Source: Nitrososphaeraceae archaeon
Lineage (GTDB): Archaea > Thermoproteota > Nitrososphaeria > Nitrososphaerales > Nitrososphaeraceae
Assembly (NCBI GenBank): GCA_044870765.1
Contig: JBIOZG010000017.1
Location: forward strand, 9,628-73,627
DNA length: 64,000 nt
Reading direction: 5' to 3'
How positions within the stretch are numbered: the stretch's first letter is position 1; the number at the start of each line of letters is the position of its first letter. The position numbers were made by a program, and so were the translations under genes. The notes under the pieces are model-generated. The model was not told the DNA's origin and searched no databases. It saw only the letters and a list, made by a program, of their open reading frames with translations. Below, one piece after another: positions 42,114 through 51,608 of the stretch.

Positions 42114-43163
42114 ATGAAAGCAGCAGTATTTAGAGAATATAGTCAAGATCCTCTGAAAGTTGTGAAAATAGACGATGTTGACACTCCCAAAATCAAGCCT
42201 AATGAGGTTATGGTAAAAGTAGAAGCAGCCGGATACAACTACAACGATCTTTGGGCAATTTGGGGCGATCCGGTCAAGGTACCACTACCACATATTTCAG
42301 GTAGTGATGTAGCAGGCACCGTTGTTGAGGCAGGTAATGAAGTTACAAAATTGAAAGTGGGTGATAGGGTGGTTTCTCATTCTAACATGAGTTGCAGGGT
42401 TTGTGATATGTGTACTTCGGGAAGAGAATACGATTGCAATGAACGACTCATTTGGGGTTTTCAAACTGGTCCGCTTTGGGGAGGTTTCTGCCAATATACT
42501 CATTTACCGGAAGTAAATGTCGCCAAGATTCCCGATTCCGTATCCTATGAAGCAGCGGCTGCAGTATCAATGGTTGGTATGACTGCGTGGCATATGCTGG
42601 TAGGTAGAGCCAAAATAATACCCGGACAGACGGTCCTCGTGATGGGAGGTACTAGTGGTGTTGGGATGGCAGGTATTCAGATAGCAAAACTATATGGTTG
42701 CGACGTGATTGCAACTGCAGGTAAAAAAGAAAAGATGGACAAATGTATTGAATTGGGCGCTGATCACGTTGTAAATCATAGGGAGGCAGACTGGTACAAA
42801 AAGGTCAGAGAAATAACAAAAAAACAAGGAGTCGATGTTGTTTTCGAACATATAGGAAAATCAACTTTCCCGCAGGAAGTTGGCCTTCTCAAGATGGGAG
42901 GGACATTAGTGGCTACAGGAGCAACGACAGGATATGATTCTACTATTGATTTAAGATACTTATTCTTCAAGGGGACCAATCTTCTCGGTTCAACTCAGGG
43001 TACTAAAGCAGAACTAGAGCGGGTGATTCACTGGACAGCCAAGGGGAAGATTAAACCACTGATTAGTATAGTTCTTCCGTTCTCGGATATGGCAAAAGGA
43101 CACACCATGATGGCAAATGCAGAACAGATTGGTAAGATTGTGACAACACCTCAAAAACTCTAA
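42114..43163 (+). CDS. MDR-family NAD(P)H-dependent oxidoreductase (enoyl/quinone reductase type)
   Basis: GroES-like domain, structural-Zn CRVCDMC-x7-C, GGTSGVG; catalytic Zn ligands replaced (NYND, GSD). Confidence 0.88.
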   Translation: MKAAVFREYSQDPLKVVKIDDVDTPKIKPNEVMVKVEAAGYNYNDLWAIWGDPVKVPLPHISGSDVAGTVVEAGNEVTKLKVGDRVVSHSNMSCRVCDMCTSGREYDCNERLIWGFQTGPLWGGFCQYTHLPEVNVAKIPDSVSYEAAAAVSMVGMTAWHMLVGRAKIIPGQTVLVMGGTSGVGMAGIQIAKLYGCDVIATAGKKEKMDKCIELGADHVVNHREADWYKKVREITKKQGVDVVFEHIGKSTFPQEVGLLKMGGTLVATGATTGYDSTIDLRYLFFKGTNLLGSTQGTKAELERVIHWTAKGKIKPLISIVLPFSDMAKGHTMMANAEQIGKIVTTPQKL

Positions 43164-43185
43164 CCTTTTATTTTTTAGTTCCTAA

Positions 43186-44049
43186 ATGTTCAGGAGTTTA
43201 TTGTTCATTCCTGGAAACAATGAAAGATTCTTAAAGAAATCAACAAGTCTTCATCCAGATATACTGTGTTTTGATCTAGAAGATTCCGTACCCTCAAATG
43301 AAAAGGAAGCTGCAAGGCGTTTAGTCGCAGCACAACTTGCTTCTCAAAAAGAGGACAATTTATCACCGATTTATGTCAGAATCAATTCAGTAGATTCTGG
43401 TATGATTGACGGTGATCTTGAAAGCGTTATAGGAAATGAATTGGACGGTATTGTTTTACCAAAGATAGGTACTAGTAAAGAAGTAATGCAAGTAATTGAC
43501 AAAATTCACATGATTGCCTCAAAAAGAAAATTAACCCCGAGAATTCAAATCATCCCTTCAATAGAAACAGCAAAAGGAGTGGTTAATGCCAATTCCATTG
43601 CTTCAGCCCATGAAGACGTGGTAGCTTTGGTGTTTGGTGTTTTTGATTATTTATATGACATGGATATTGACACTGAATATGATGAATCTATCAGCTACAA
43701 CTATGCTAGATCAAAAATTCCCGTAGATGCAAAAGCTGCTGGAATAGATGCGTTGGACGGCATTTGGCAAAAAGTTAGCGATCTTGATGGCCTGGCTATG
43801 GATGCTACAGTTGCAAAAAATCTGGGTTACTCTGGCAAAACATTGATTCATCCTTCTCACATTAATCCCGTTCATGATATTTTTCGGCCCACCAAGAAAC
43901 AAATAGAGTGGGCAAAAAAAGTGTTAGCATCTTTACAGGATTCTGTTGAAAAGGGAAATCCAAAAGGAGCAATACTTTTAGATGGTAAAATGATAGATGC
44001 TGTACATTACAAGCAAGCAAAGGCCGTATTAAATGCAGCAAACCAATAA
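43186..44049 (+). CDS. CitE/malyl-CoA lyase-family CoA ester lyase
   Basis: RSLLFIPG, DLEDSV, VRIN, IETAKG, GKTLIHPSHI, GKMIDAVH. Confidence 0.92.
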   Translation: MFRSLLFIPGNNERFLKKSTSLHPDILCFDLEDSVPSNEKEAARRLVAAQLASQKEDNLSPIYVRINSVDSGMIDGDLESVIGNELDGIVLPKIGTSKEVMQVIDKIHMIASKRKLTPRIQIIPSIETAKGVVNANSIASAHEDVVALVFGVFDYLYDMDIDTEYDESISYNYARSKIPVDAKAAGIDALDGIWQKVSDLDGLAMDATVAKNLGYSGKTLIHPSHINPVHDIFRPTKKQIEWAKKVLASLQDSVEKGNPKGAILLDGKMIDAVHYKQAKAVLNAANQ

Positions 44050-44219
44050 AATATTTACTCAACTGTATTGTGGTTTCTTTCAGAGGATTTGCAACTTATC
44101 TAAAAAATAAATTTTCAAGGTTAACAAGGTTAATCGACGCTTATTAATTCATTCTACAATATCAGTGTTGATGAAATTTAGAAAAATTAAAGACAAAAAC
44201 AAATCAAGTTTGGAGAATA

Positions 44220-44474
44220 GTGATAACAAAATTGACTAATTCATATGAATCGCTGATGATTGCAAAGACGTGCAAGTCAAATACGTCTTCTGGAAAGGTT
44301 ATCTATACTCTGGAGAATGCCGACTCCATTACTTATTTGGGTAAAAGAGATATTTTATTGAATCAATTGAGTGCATGTGAGAAATTAATTACTTATGCAA
44401 GGGACAACAACGAACTAGGACTAATCCAGACAGAAATAAATGAATTAAAACTAATGTTGGATCTAGTGGTATAA
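44220..44474 (+). CDS. small hypothetical protein
   Basis: Helical C-terminus KRDILLNQLSACEKL...EINELKLMLDL. Confidence 0.55.
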   Translation: MITKLTNSYESLMIAKTCKSNTSSGKVIYTLENADSITYLGKRDILLNQLSACEKLITYARDNNELGLIQTEINELKLMLDLVV

Positions 44475-44530
44475 ACAAATTGACTTTTTGTATCTGTCCC
44501 CGTAGTTCTTGATGCCTCAGTAAATATAGG

Positions 44531-44893
44531 ATGACAATCAATTTCCTAGAATACAGTCTATATACTGAGCAGCTACAATCTAATGTAGTGTCCAGTTCAC
44601 AATCACACAGAGATAGAATCTACATCGTTCGAGACATAATTATGAAGCTTGTTGAATACGGCCAGCTTAACCAGACTGCCCTGGTTAGTTTTTGTGGACT
44701 GAACTTAAAGAAGCATAGATCAATATTTGACAAAATGGAACTCAATGGTTTGATCTTTAGAACAGAAAAAACTTTAGGAAAAAGAACGGTAACTGTCTAT
44801 AGCGCGACTCAAAAGGGGTTGGAATTTTGCAGAAGTATAATAGAGCCCTACGAGAAACTTTTTCCAAGACCGGCTGATGGCAATGGACGCTAA
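44531..44893 (+). CDS. winged-helix DNA-binding protein (HTH_45-like)
   Basis: HRDRIYIVRDII...NQTALVSFCGLN...YSATQKGLEF. Confidence 0.8.
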   Translation: MTINFLEYSLYTEQLQSNVVSSSQSHRDRIYIVRDIIMKLVEYGQLNQTALVSFCGLNLKKHRSIFDKMELNGLIFRTEKTLGKRTVTVYSATQKGLEFCRSIIEPYEKLFPRPADGNGR

Positions 44894-44937
44894 TTCTGTT
44901 CCATTATCATAACTGAATTATAGTTCTTGATTGTTGG

Positions 44938-45354
44938 TTAATTTTCGGAATCCTCAGTGAAGCTGTATTCGGATTCGATGCTCTTGCGAATTTGTTCTTT
45001 ATTGGTCAGATATTTGGCATATCTCTTATTCCAATCACTAATCATACGATATTGCCGTAAACCTGCAACAATCCATACAGAAGAAATAGCAATTACTGAT
45101 CCGAGTAATATTATTAGCACAAACCCAAAATCGTACTCGTTTTGAAGAATGGTAAAGAATGAAGAATGAGTTATTAAAAAGGCAGAGAGTGCAATTGCAA
45201 GTGGAGCTAATATGAGAGCAGATACAGAAACGCCCCTGAGGATGCTCTTTATTCCCGATATTTGATCGATAAAACCATCTATCAAACTCAAGATATCAGT
45301 ACTGTTTGAACTGATATTTCCTTTATCATCTTGAGACTGCGTCATAATCACCAA
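44938..45354 (-). CDS. hypothetical two-TM membrane protein
   Basis: Two hydrophobic segments and a charged C-terminus. Confidence 0.7.
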   Translation of the reverse strand: MVIMTQSQDDKGNISSNSTDILSLIDGFIDQISGIKSILRGVSVSALILAPLAIALSAFLITHSSFFTILQNEYDFGFVLIILLGSVIAISSVWIVAGLRQYRMISDWNKRYAKYLTNKEQIRKSIESEYSFTEDSEN

Positions 45355-45706
45355 TACAATAAACTGTATTATTTACATTCTGGTCGAGTCGTTCAAAGGT
45401 ATCCCTGAGGAAATTTATCATTTTTCTGCTCCAATAATATCTTAAAGAATTAACTGGACGGAAATACTGGTAATAAAATAGTCTCTCAATGGAAGTATGA
45501 AAATTGTCCATTTTACGTTCACATTCCAAATCAATGTTTTAGTTAATTAACTTGAGGTAACATAGTTCAATGAGGGTTATATTATTAAATTGATTTCAAA
45601 TAATAATTCCTCGTTTACAACTTTGAAATGACTGTGCGAACACGCTAGAGCAAATTAGGTCTTTTTGCTTTATAATCTATAACAGTTATAAAGCAAGGAA
45701 AATTAT

Positions 45707-47638
45707 TTGTACGTCAGGTTTAGCTATGTGAAAACCGATCTTCCATACTATTCTCAATTAGTATCAATAATAAGAACATTAAAAACTATGAGATGGAATC
45801 TAGATTTTAGTTATTTCAGAAAATGGATAATAATAGGTTTTCTGTTAGGCGTAGTTGCGGGTCTTGGTGCAATCGCACTTTTTCTATCGGTTGAATTTTT
45901 TACGGCTATATTTCTCCAAATAGGAACAGGATATTCTCCACCTTTGCCTGGAGGATTCCAAGACAATCTTAGCTACAGCTACGACCTATTTATCGAAAGA
46001 CCTTGGCTGATACCCCCGATTTGTGGACTTGGAGGTCTTTTAGTAGGATTGATAACAACCAAGTTCTCGCCAGAATCCGAAGGTCATGGAACAGATGCTG
46101 TAATAGATGCTTATCATCACAAGAGAGGGAATATTAGAGGAAGAGTTCCACTTGTGAAGGCTGTTGCTTCCTCTATAACCATAGGAAGTGGTGGGAGTGG
46201 AGGAACTGAAGGGCCTGCGGGCCAAATTGCTGCTGCATTCGGATCATTGATTGGTAAACTATTCAAATTAGATGAAGATGAAAGAAGAATTGCAGTAGCT
46301 GCTGGTCTTGGAGCTGGAATCGGAAGTATATTCAAGATTCCGCTTGGAGGTGCAGTTTTCAGTGCGGAGGTATTCTACAGAAGAGATTTCGAAGTTAGGG
46401 CTTTAATTCCTGGTTTAGTCGCGTCTGTAACAGGCTATACCGTTTTTGGATTTGTCTTTGGATGGGATCGTCTATTTTCGATTCCACTTGATCTGGTAAA
46501 GTATACTCATCCCGCTTCGCTCATTCTTTATGCCATTGTAGGACTAGCTTCGGCAGCAGTAAGTGTTGGCTACGTAAAGACCTTTTACATGATATCGGAT
46601 TATTTTAGCAGAATTCGAATTCCAAAGTATCTAAAACCAGCTGTGGGAGGCGTTCTAGTAGGAATGATTGGGATTGTATTCCCTCAAATTTTAGGTACCT
46701 CATATGGATGGTTGCAAATAGCAATTAACAAGGATTATTCTTTGTTGCCCCTATACATGCTTGGCGCCGTAATTGTTTTCAAAATTTTGGCTACTTCATT
46801 GACAATTGGTTCTGGTGGAAGTGCAGGTGTTTTTGGACCTTCCATGGTAATAGGAGGGATGGTTGGAGCGTTCATTGGCACAGCATTTCACTTAATGGGG
46901 CTATTTACTTGGATTGATGTTTCGTCTGTTATAATTGTGGGAATGGTTTCGTTCTTTGGAGCAACAGCAAAAACACCAATCTCATCAATTATTATGGGAA
47001 GTGAACTAACCGGAGGGTATGCACTTTTGGCACCAATGATGCTAGCGACATTTATTGCATACATCATGTCCGGACAACATAACTCAATATTTCGAAGTCA
47101 GGTACTCAATAGATCCGATTCGCCCGCACACAGAATGGAATACCAGCGTCCCATCCTGAGTGACCTATATGTAAGAGACGTTGTCAAGGCCTCGACAAAT
47201 AAATTATCAAAGGATGTTTCGATTGAAGAGACTCTACAAATAATGAATCGTAACAATAGTAAAATGATACTCGTTGTTAATGACGAAGATATGCTACAGG
47301 GTGTAGTATACAAACACAAGCTATTTGAATTTCCCGAAGAATACCGTAAGGCGGTTAAGTTAGAAAGTATAATGATTACGGATCCATTTTTTGCGTATAG
47401 TTCTGACTCGCTTCACAATGCACTAGTAAGACTATCTTCAAATGATCTTCAAGAAATGCCAGTGTTATCAAATGAAGAGAACAAGGTTATTGGAATTATT
47501 ACGATATCAGATTTAGTAACACTCTATGATAGGGAGGTAGAAAAGATAACGAAGATCATGAACCGATCAAACATTAATACAAAAAATGATGAAATGAATA
47601 ATGAGTTTAAAAACAAACCTGTTGATTCAAAAAAATAG
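45707..47638 (+). CDS. ClC chloride channel/antiporter with CBS pair (probable start 45788)
   Basis: GHGTD, GSGGTEGP, FKIPLGG, GSAGVFGP; C-terminal CBS domains. Confidence 0.93.
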   Translation: MYVRFSYVKTDLPYYSQLVSIIRTLKTMRWNLDFSYFRKWIIIGFLLGVVAGLGAIALFLSVEFFTAIFLQIGTGYSPPLPGGFQDNLSYSYDLFIERPWLIPPICGLGGLLVGLITTKFSPESEGHGTDAVIDAYHHKRGNIRGRVPLVKAVASSITIGSGGSGGTEGPAGQIAAAFGSLIGKLFKLDEDERRIAVAAGLGAGIGSIFKIPLGGAVFSAEVFYRRDFEVRALIPGLVASVTGYTVFGFVFGWDRLFSIPLDLVKYTHPASLILYAIVGLASAAVSVGYVKTFYMISDYFSRIRIPKYLKPAVGGVLVGMIGIVFPQILGTSYGWLQIAINKDYSLLPLYMLGAVIVFKILATSLTIGSGGSAGVFGPSMVIGGMVGAFIGTAFHLMGLFTWIDVSSVIIVGMVSFFGATAKTPISSIIMGSELTGGYALLAPMMLATFIAYIMSGQHNSIFRSQVLNRSDSPAHRMEYQRPILSDLYVRDVVKASTNKLSKDVSIEETLQIMNRNNSKMILVVNDEDMLQGVVYKHKLFEFPEEYRKAVKLESIMITDPFFAYSSDSLHNALVRLSSNDLQEMPVLSNEENKVIGIITISDLVTLYDREVEKITKIMNRSNINTKNDEMNNEFKNKPVDSKK

Positions 47639-47771
47639 CGATATAAACAAATTATTTTACAAATGAATTTGGTATCGGGACACACAAACAATGAAGAATT
47701 GAATTAGAAAAAAGGCTTTAGTATAGAATCAATAAATAGAGTAAAATAAATTAATTAATAGTTTATCAATT

Positions 47772-48884
47772 CTAATCCTGCTTTGTTTTTGATGGAGCCT
47801 CTACAATTTTTGGTTGTGGGGAAGATACAACTTTACATGGATCAGTCTTAATTTGCTGAAGTAGTTTTATGCTGTTGTCTACAAGATCCTTAACTGATCT
47901 GTTAATGTAACGAGATTTTGAAAATTGAATTACATTATTTTCCATATCTTCTGCGGTCCAACCTCTACTCCAGCCCATAAACGCAAACGGAGGTAATGAA
48001 AATCCAAGCTCCGTGAAAAACATCATCATATTTCCTGCAACATGTTGTATATTGTCTTGACCTCCAGTAATAATAAAACTTGCAACCTTGTTTTTGACAA
48101 GCACACGATCGTGAAGTGTGGTCTGATTTTGTACGCAATTTAGTCGTTCTATCATTTTATGGTATAATGAAGATGCATTACCCCATCTTATTGGTGTAGA
48201 GATAATTACAATATCTGCCCAGAGTATCATCTTTCTATAAACTTCGTTCATACCATCGTTTTCATCCATCTCTGAAATCGAACAGGGCCACGTACATGCC
48301 TGTTCATTAATGCTATAATAGCCTTCACAGTGCCTGAATTCAAGATCTCTGAGTCTTAGGAGAACTGTGGAGGCCTTGTATTTTTCCTTTGAATAGAACA
48401 GTGCCTTATTTAGCGATATTTCAGAGGTAGATTCTCTATTCAAATTATCGTTCATACTTGTAGTAGATATTCCCAGAATATTCAATGAGTTCGTTGTGGT
48501 CTGATATTCAAGCTCTATTAGATCCTTCAACGGGCTGTCATATTTTTTCTTAGACGAATAAACGATAGGTTGACTTGAAACAAAGATCTTCCCATTAATT
48601 ATTCTAACATCAAAAACAGATTGTTGTTCATCATACCCAGGAGGTGCCTTTCCGTTCGAGATATTATATTCCCATCCATGCCATGGGCAAGTAACATAAA
48701 AGCCATCGTATTTTTTTTCTATCTTTCCCGTTGCAAGTGGACCGCCCTTATGCAGGCATCTATTGCCCAATGCAGTAATCGTATTATCAATCTTAAATAA
48801 CGCAATATCTTTACCCTTTACAGAAATTACTTTACTTGTTCCATTGGCTAATTCGTCTTCCTTAATGGTCTCTACAAATTCCAT
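47772..48884 (-). CDS. Rieske [2Fe-2S] domain fused to flavodoxin-like FMN reductase domain
   Basis: CLHKGGPL and CPWHGW; STPIRWG, ERLN, KVASFIITG. Confidence 0.88.
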   Translation of the reverse strand: MEFVETIKEDELANGTSKVISVKGKDIALFKIDNTITALGNRCLHKGGPLATGKIEKKYDGFYVTCPWHGWEYNISNGKAPPGYDEQQSVFDVRIINGKIFVSSQPIVYSSKKKYDSPLKDLIELEYQTTTNSLNILGISTTSMNDNLNRESTSEISLNKALFYSKEKYKASTVLLRLRDLEFRHCEGYYSINEQACTWPCSISEMDENDGMNEVYRKMILWADIVIISTPIRWGNASSLYHKMIERLNCVQNQTTLHDRVLVKNKVASFIITGGQDNIQHVAGNMMMFFTELGFSLPPFAFMGWSRGWTAEDMENNVIQFSKSRYINRSVKDLVDNSIKLLQQIKTDPCKVVSSPQPKIVEAPSKTKQD

Positions 48885-49026
48885 GGAAAATATTGCAAGT
48901 TGAAGTTATTATAGTATAGCTAGTCAAAGAGAAGATGATAATTTCATGATGAATGTAGATATAACCTTACTGACTACAGATTATGAAATATTTTTATTTA
49001 TGATAGCAATTGTTTATCAATACTTT

Positions 49027-49629
49027 ATGTTCACTGGTATCGTAGAAGGTACTGGAATTATCAAATCAATGGTCAATATAAAAGACAATGATAAGGCCGC
49101 CGACAATAGGATTGAAATAGATCTGGGAAAACTGAGCAAGGGTCTAGAAGTGGGTGATAGTGTAAATGTCAATGGAACATGCCTCACGGCAACACGGATT
49201 TTGAAAAGCGTAGCATATTTTGAAGTCGTAAAAGAAACCATGAAACGAACCGCTTTAGGAATCTTGAAAGTTGGAGATCAAGTAAATCTAGAAAGGAGTA
49301 TGAGGATAAACGATAGACTTGAAGGGCATATTGTCTTGGGTCATGTAGATGGCGTTGGAAAAATAGAAGATATCAAGAAGATCCCCTCTGAGACCAAAAT
49401 GTGGATAAATGTGAACAAGGAGATATCAAAGTATTTGGTACCAAAAGGGTCTGTTGCGCTAGATGGCATAAGCTTTACCATTGTTGATGTCTCAGATACA
49501 AGATTTTCAGTTGCTCTGGTTCCTCATACACTGGCCGTTACCACATTTAAAAATAAACGAAAAGGAGATAAAGTTAATATTGAGGCAGACATTTTAAGCA
49601 AGTATGTCACAAAATTATTACCACGTTAG
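49027..49629 (+). CDS. ribE: riboflavin synthase (bacterial/eukaryotic type)
   Basis: Canonical N-terminus MFTGIVE at 49027; NGTCLT, VNLER, GHIVLGHVD, KGSVALDGIS. Confidence 0.95.
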   Translation: MFTGIVEGTGIIKSMVNIKDNDKAADNRIEIDLGKLSKGLEVGDSVNVNGTCLTATRILKSVAYFEVVKETMKRTALGILKVGDQVNLERSMRINDRLEGHIVLGHVDGVGKIEDIKKIPSETKMWINVNKEISKYLVPKGSVALDGISFTIVDVSDTRFSVALVPHTLAVTTFKNKRKGDKVNIEADILSKYVTKLLPR

Positions 49630-49676
49630 TAGTTATTACCAGAAAATCAGTAAACTTTTTAATTGTAGATAGTGTT

Positions 49677-50366
49677 TTGAAACACGTGAAATCAATTGAC
49701 GATGCTATACGGACACTAAGGGAAGGGAAATTTATCTTGATTCATGATAGCGAATCTCGAGAAAACGAAGTTGATATGATGAAACCTGCTCAATTTATTA
49801 ACGCACGCGATATATCAACAATGCGAAGTGATGCTGGTGGACTAATTTGCTTGGCCATATCAGGCGAAATTGCATCAAAATTAAATTTGATATTTATGCA
49901 TGATCTGCTTCATTTGGCTTCCAAGAATAACTCTTCCTTGTCTAAAATGATAAGTTCTATTGCGCCCTACGGCGACCGACCTTCATTTTCAATTACCATA
50001 AACCATATTGATACCTTTACAGGTATAACAGATAAAGATAGAGCACTTACAATTATGAAAATGGCAGAAGTATGTTCTGACATAGATAATTATGGCAAAT
50101 ATGAATTTTTTAAGAAGTTTCGATCTCCCGGCCATGTACATTTACTAATTGCTGCAAACGAATTGCTTAAGGAAAGATCTGGTCATACCGAATTATCTAT
50201 TCAATTAATGAAATTGGCAAATTTAGTCCCAACAGCCGTAATTTGTGAAATGCTCGATTCCGATACGGGCGGAGCATTAACAGTTGACAAAGCAATGGAA
50301 TATTCTTCAAGATTTAACATCCCATTAGTCGAATCCCTTCAAATTAAAGAATCATGTGTGAATTGA
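49677..50366 (+). CDS. ribB: 3,4-dihydroxy-2-butanone 4-phosphate synthase
   Basis: DSESRENEVD, GGLIC, TGITDKDRA, FRSPGHV, RSGHTE, ICEM. Confidence 0.95.
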   Translation: MKHVKSIDDAIRTLREGKFILIHDSESRENEVDMMKPAQFINARDISTMRSDAGGLICLAISGEIASKLNLIFMHDLLHLASKNNSSLSKMISSIAPYGDRPSFSITINHIDTFTGITDKDRALTIMKMAEVCSDIDNYGKYEFFKKFRSPGHVHLLIAANELLKERSGHTELSIQLMKLANLVPTAVICEMLDSDTGGALTVDKAMEYSSRFNIPLVESLQIKESCVN

Positions 50367-50373
50367 AGATATT

Positions 50374-50823
50374 TTGAGTAAAATAAGATTAGCTATAGTC
50401 GTAGCTGAGTTTAACAAAGAGATCACTAATGAAATGCTTAAAACAGCCATATCGCATTCAAAGAAGTTAAACATGCATATTAAAAAAATATGTCATGTAC
50501 CTGGAACATTTGACATGCCTTTGGTTGTCGAAAAACTTTTGGAAAAAGATCAAATTGATGTGGTAGTCACGTTAGGTGCAGTCATAAAGGGAGAGACGGG
50601 TCATGATCAGGTTATAGCAAATAACACTGCTAGATTACTTTCCAATCTTTCTTTAAAGTATCAAAAGCCAGTCACACTCGGAATCACGGGACCTGATATG
50701 ACACTAAAGCAGGCCAAGCAAAGAGCCAAAATTGTTCCCAAGAGAGCAATCGAAGCTGCACACAAAATGGTAACGAGATTATTAGAACTGGAAGACAATA
50801 AGGGCAAGGGTAGCCAACAATGA
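50374..50823 (+). CDS. ribH: 6,7-dimethyl-8-ribityllumazine synthase
   Basis: IVVAEFN, VPGTFDMP, LGAVIKGETGH, PVTLGITGP. Confidence 0.95.
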   Translation: MSKIRLAIVVAEFNKEITNEMLKTAISHSKKLNMHIKKICHVPGTFDMPLVVEKLLEKDQIDVVVTLGAVIKGETGHDQVIANNTARLLSNLSLKYQKPVTLGITGPDMTLKQAKQRAKIVPKRAIEAAHKMVTRLLELEDNKGKGSQQ

Positions 50824-51608
50824 CAATTCAAATTACCATAATAAAGATCGAGGGTTATGGTCCATGGACATTAAAATTGGGAAGCGATAGGGAGGCCCAG
50901 TTACAAATATTTCAAGCAAGTCTCTATAGCGATTTGCAAAATCTTTTCACTAAAAGGAATTGTATCTTATACTTTAACAGATTTGATGAACTAATTGCAA
51001 TTAGTAACGGATTATCCATTGATGATCACTTATTTATTGAACAGGAAATTAACGATATGTACAAAGGCATTGAGATTTCTATGGCTATCGGAACAGGCGA
51101 AACTCCTTTGGATGCAAACATTGCAGCACACAATTCACGTAAAAACAACATATTGGTAAGCAAAAGCAAGTTGGTATATGCAAGTGAACAAATTCAATTA
51201 ATGTATAATAATTCAACAAAATCACCCATGGATATGTTCGCTCAAGTGTTACACATCGATATAGATAATTCCACCAAAGTTAGTAATATGCTATCCCCAT
51301 ATGAAATTACAGCAAGAATTATGGAGATGTTTTCAAAGATTATTGAGATGTTTATCGAGCAAAAATCCATGACATTTTTTCTCGGTGGTGATAACTTTAT
51401 GGTTATTTCTAATACTGTTTCTAAAGAGAAAGTATCCAAAATAATTAATAAAATCCAAGATTCTCAAAATATCAAGCTAAACTGTGGGATAGGCAGAGCT
51501 GCTACCGGTAGAAAAGCAGTACAAGCTGCAACAGAGGCCTTGGATACAATCCGAAGTCTTAGAGATAAAGGCATACTTCAACCTGTATATGAAATAATAT
51601 GGCACTAA
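50820..51608 (+). CDS. gch3: GTP cyclohydrolase III (IIa)
   Basis: YGPWT..LGSDRE..LQ, RFDE, HIDID, FLGGDNFM. Confidence 0.92.
   Translation: MTIQITIIKIEGYGPWTLKLGSDREAQLQIFQASLYSDLQNLFTKRNCILYFNRFDELIAISNGLSIDDHLFIEQEINDMYKGIEISMAIGTGETPLDANIAAHNSRKNNILVSKSKLVYASEQIQLMYNNSTKSPMDMFAQVLHIDIDNSTKVSNMLSPYEITARIMEMFSKIIEMFIEQKSMTFFLGGDNFMVISNTVSKEKVSKIINKIQDSQNIKLNCGIGRAATGRKAVQAATEALDTIRSLRDKGILQPVYEIIWH

Noticed and set aside
45326-45529. 67-aa ORF upstream of the membrane protein gene
   Set aside because: No motifs and overlaps the next gene's start; coding status unsupported
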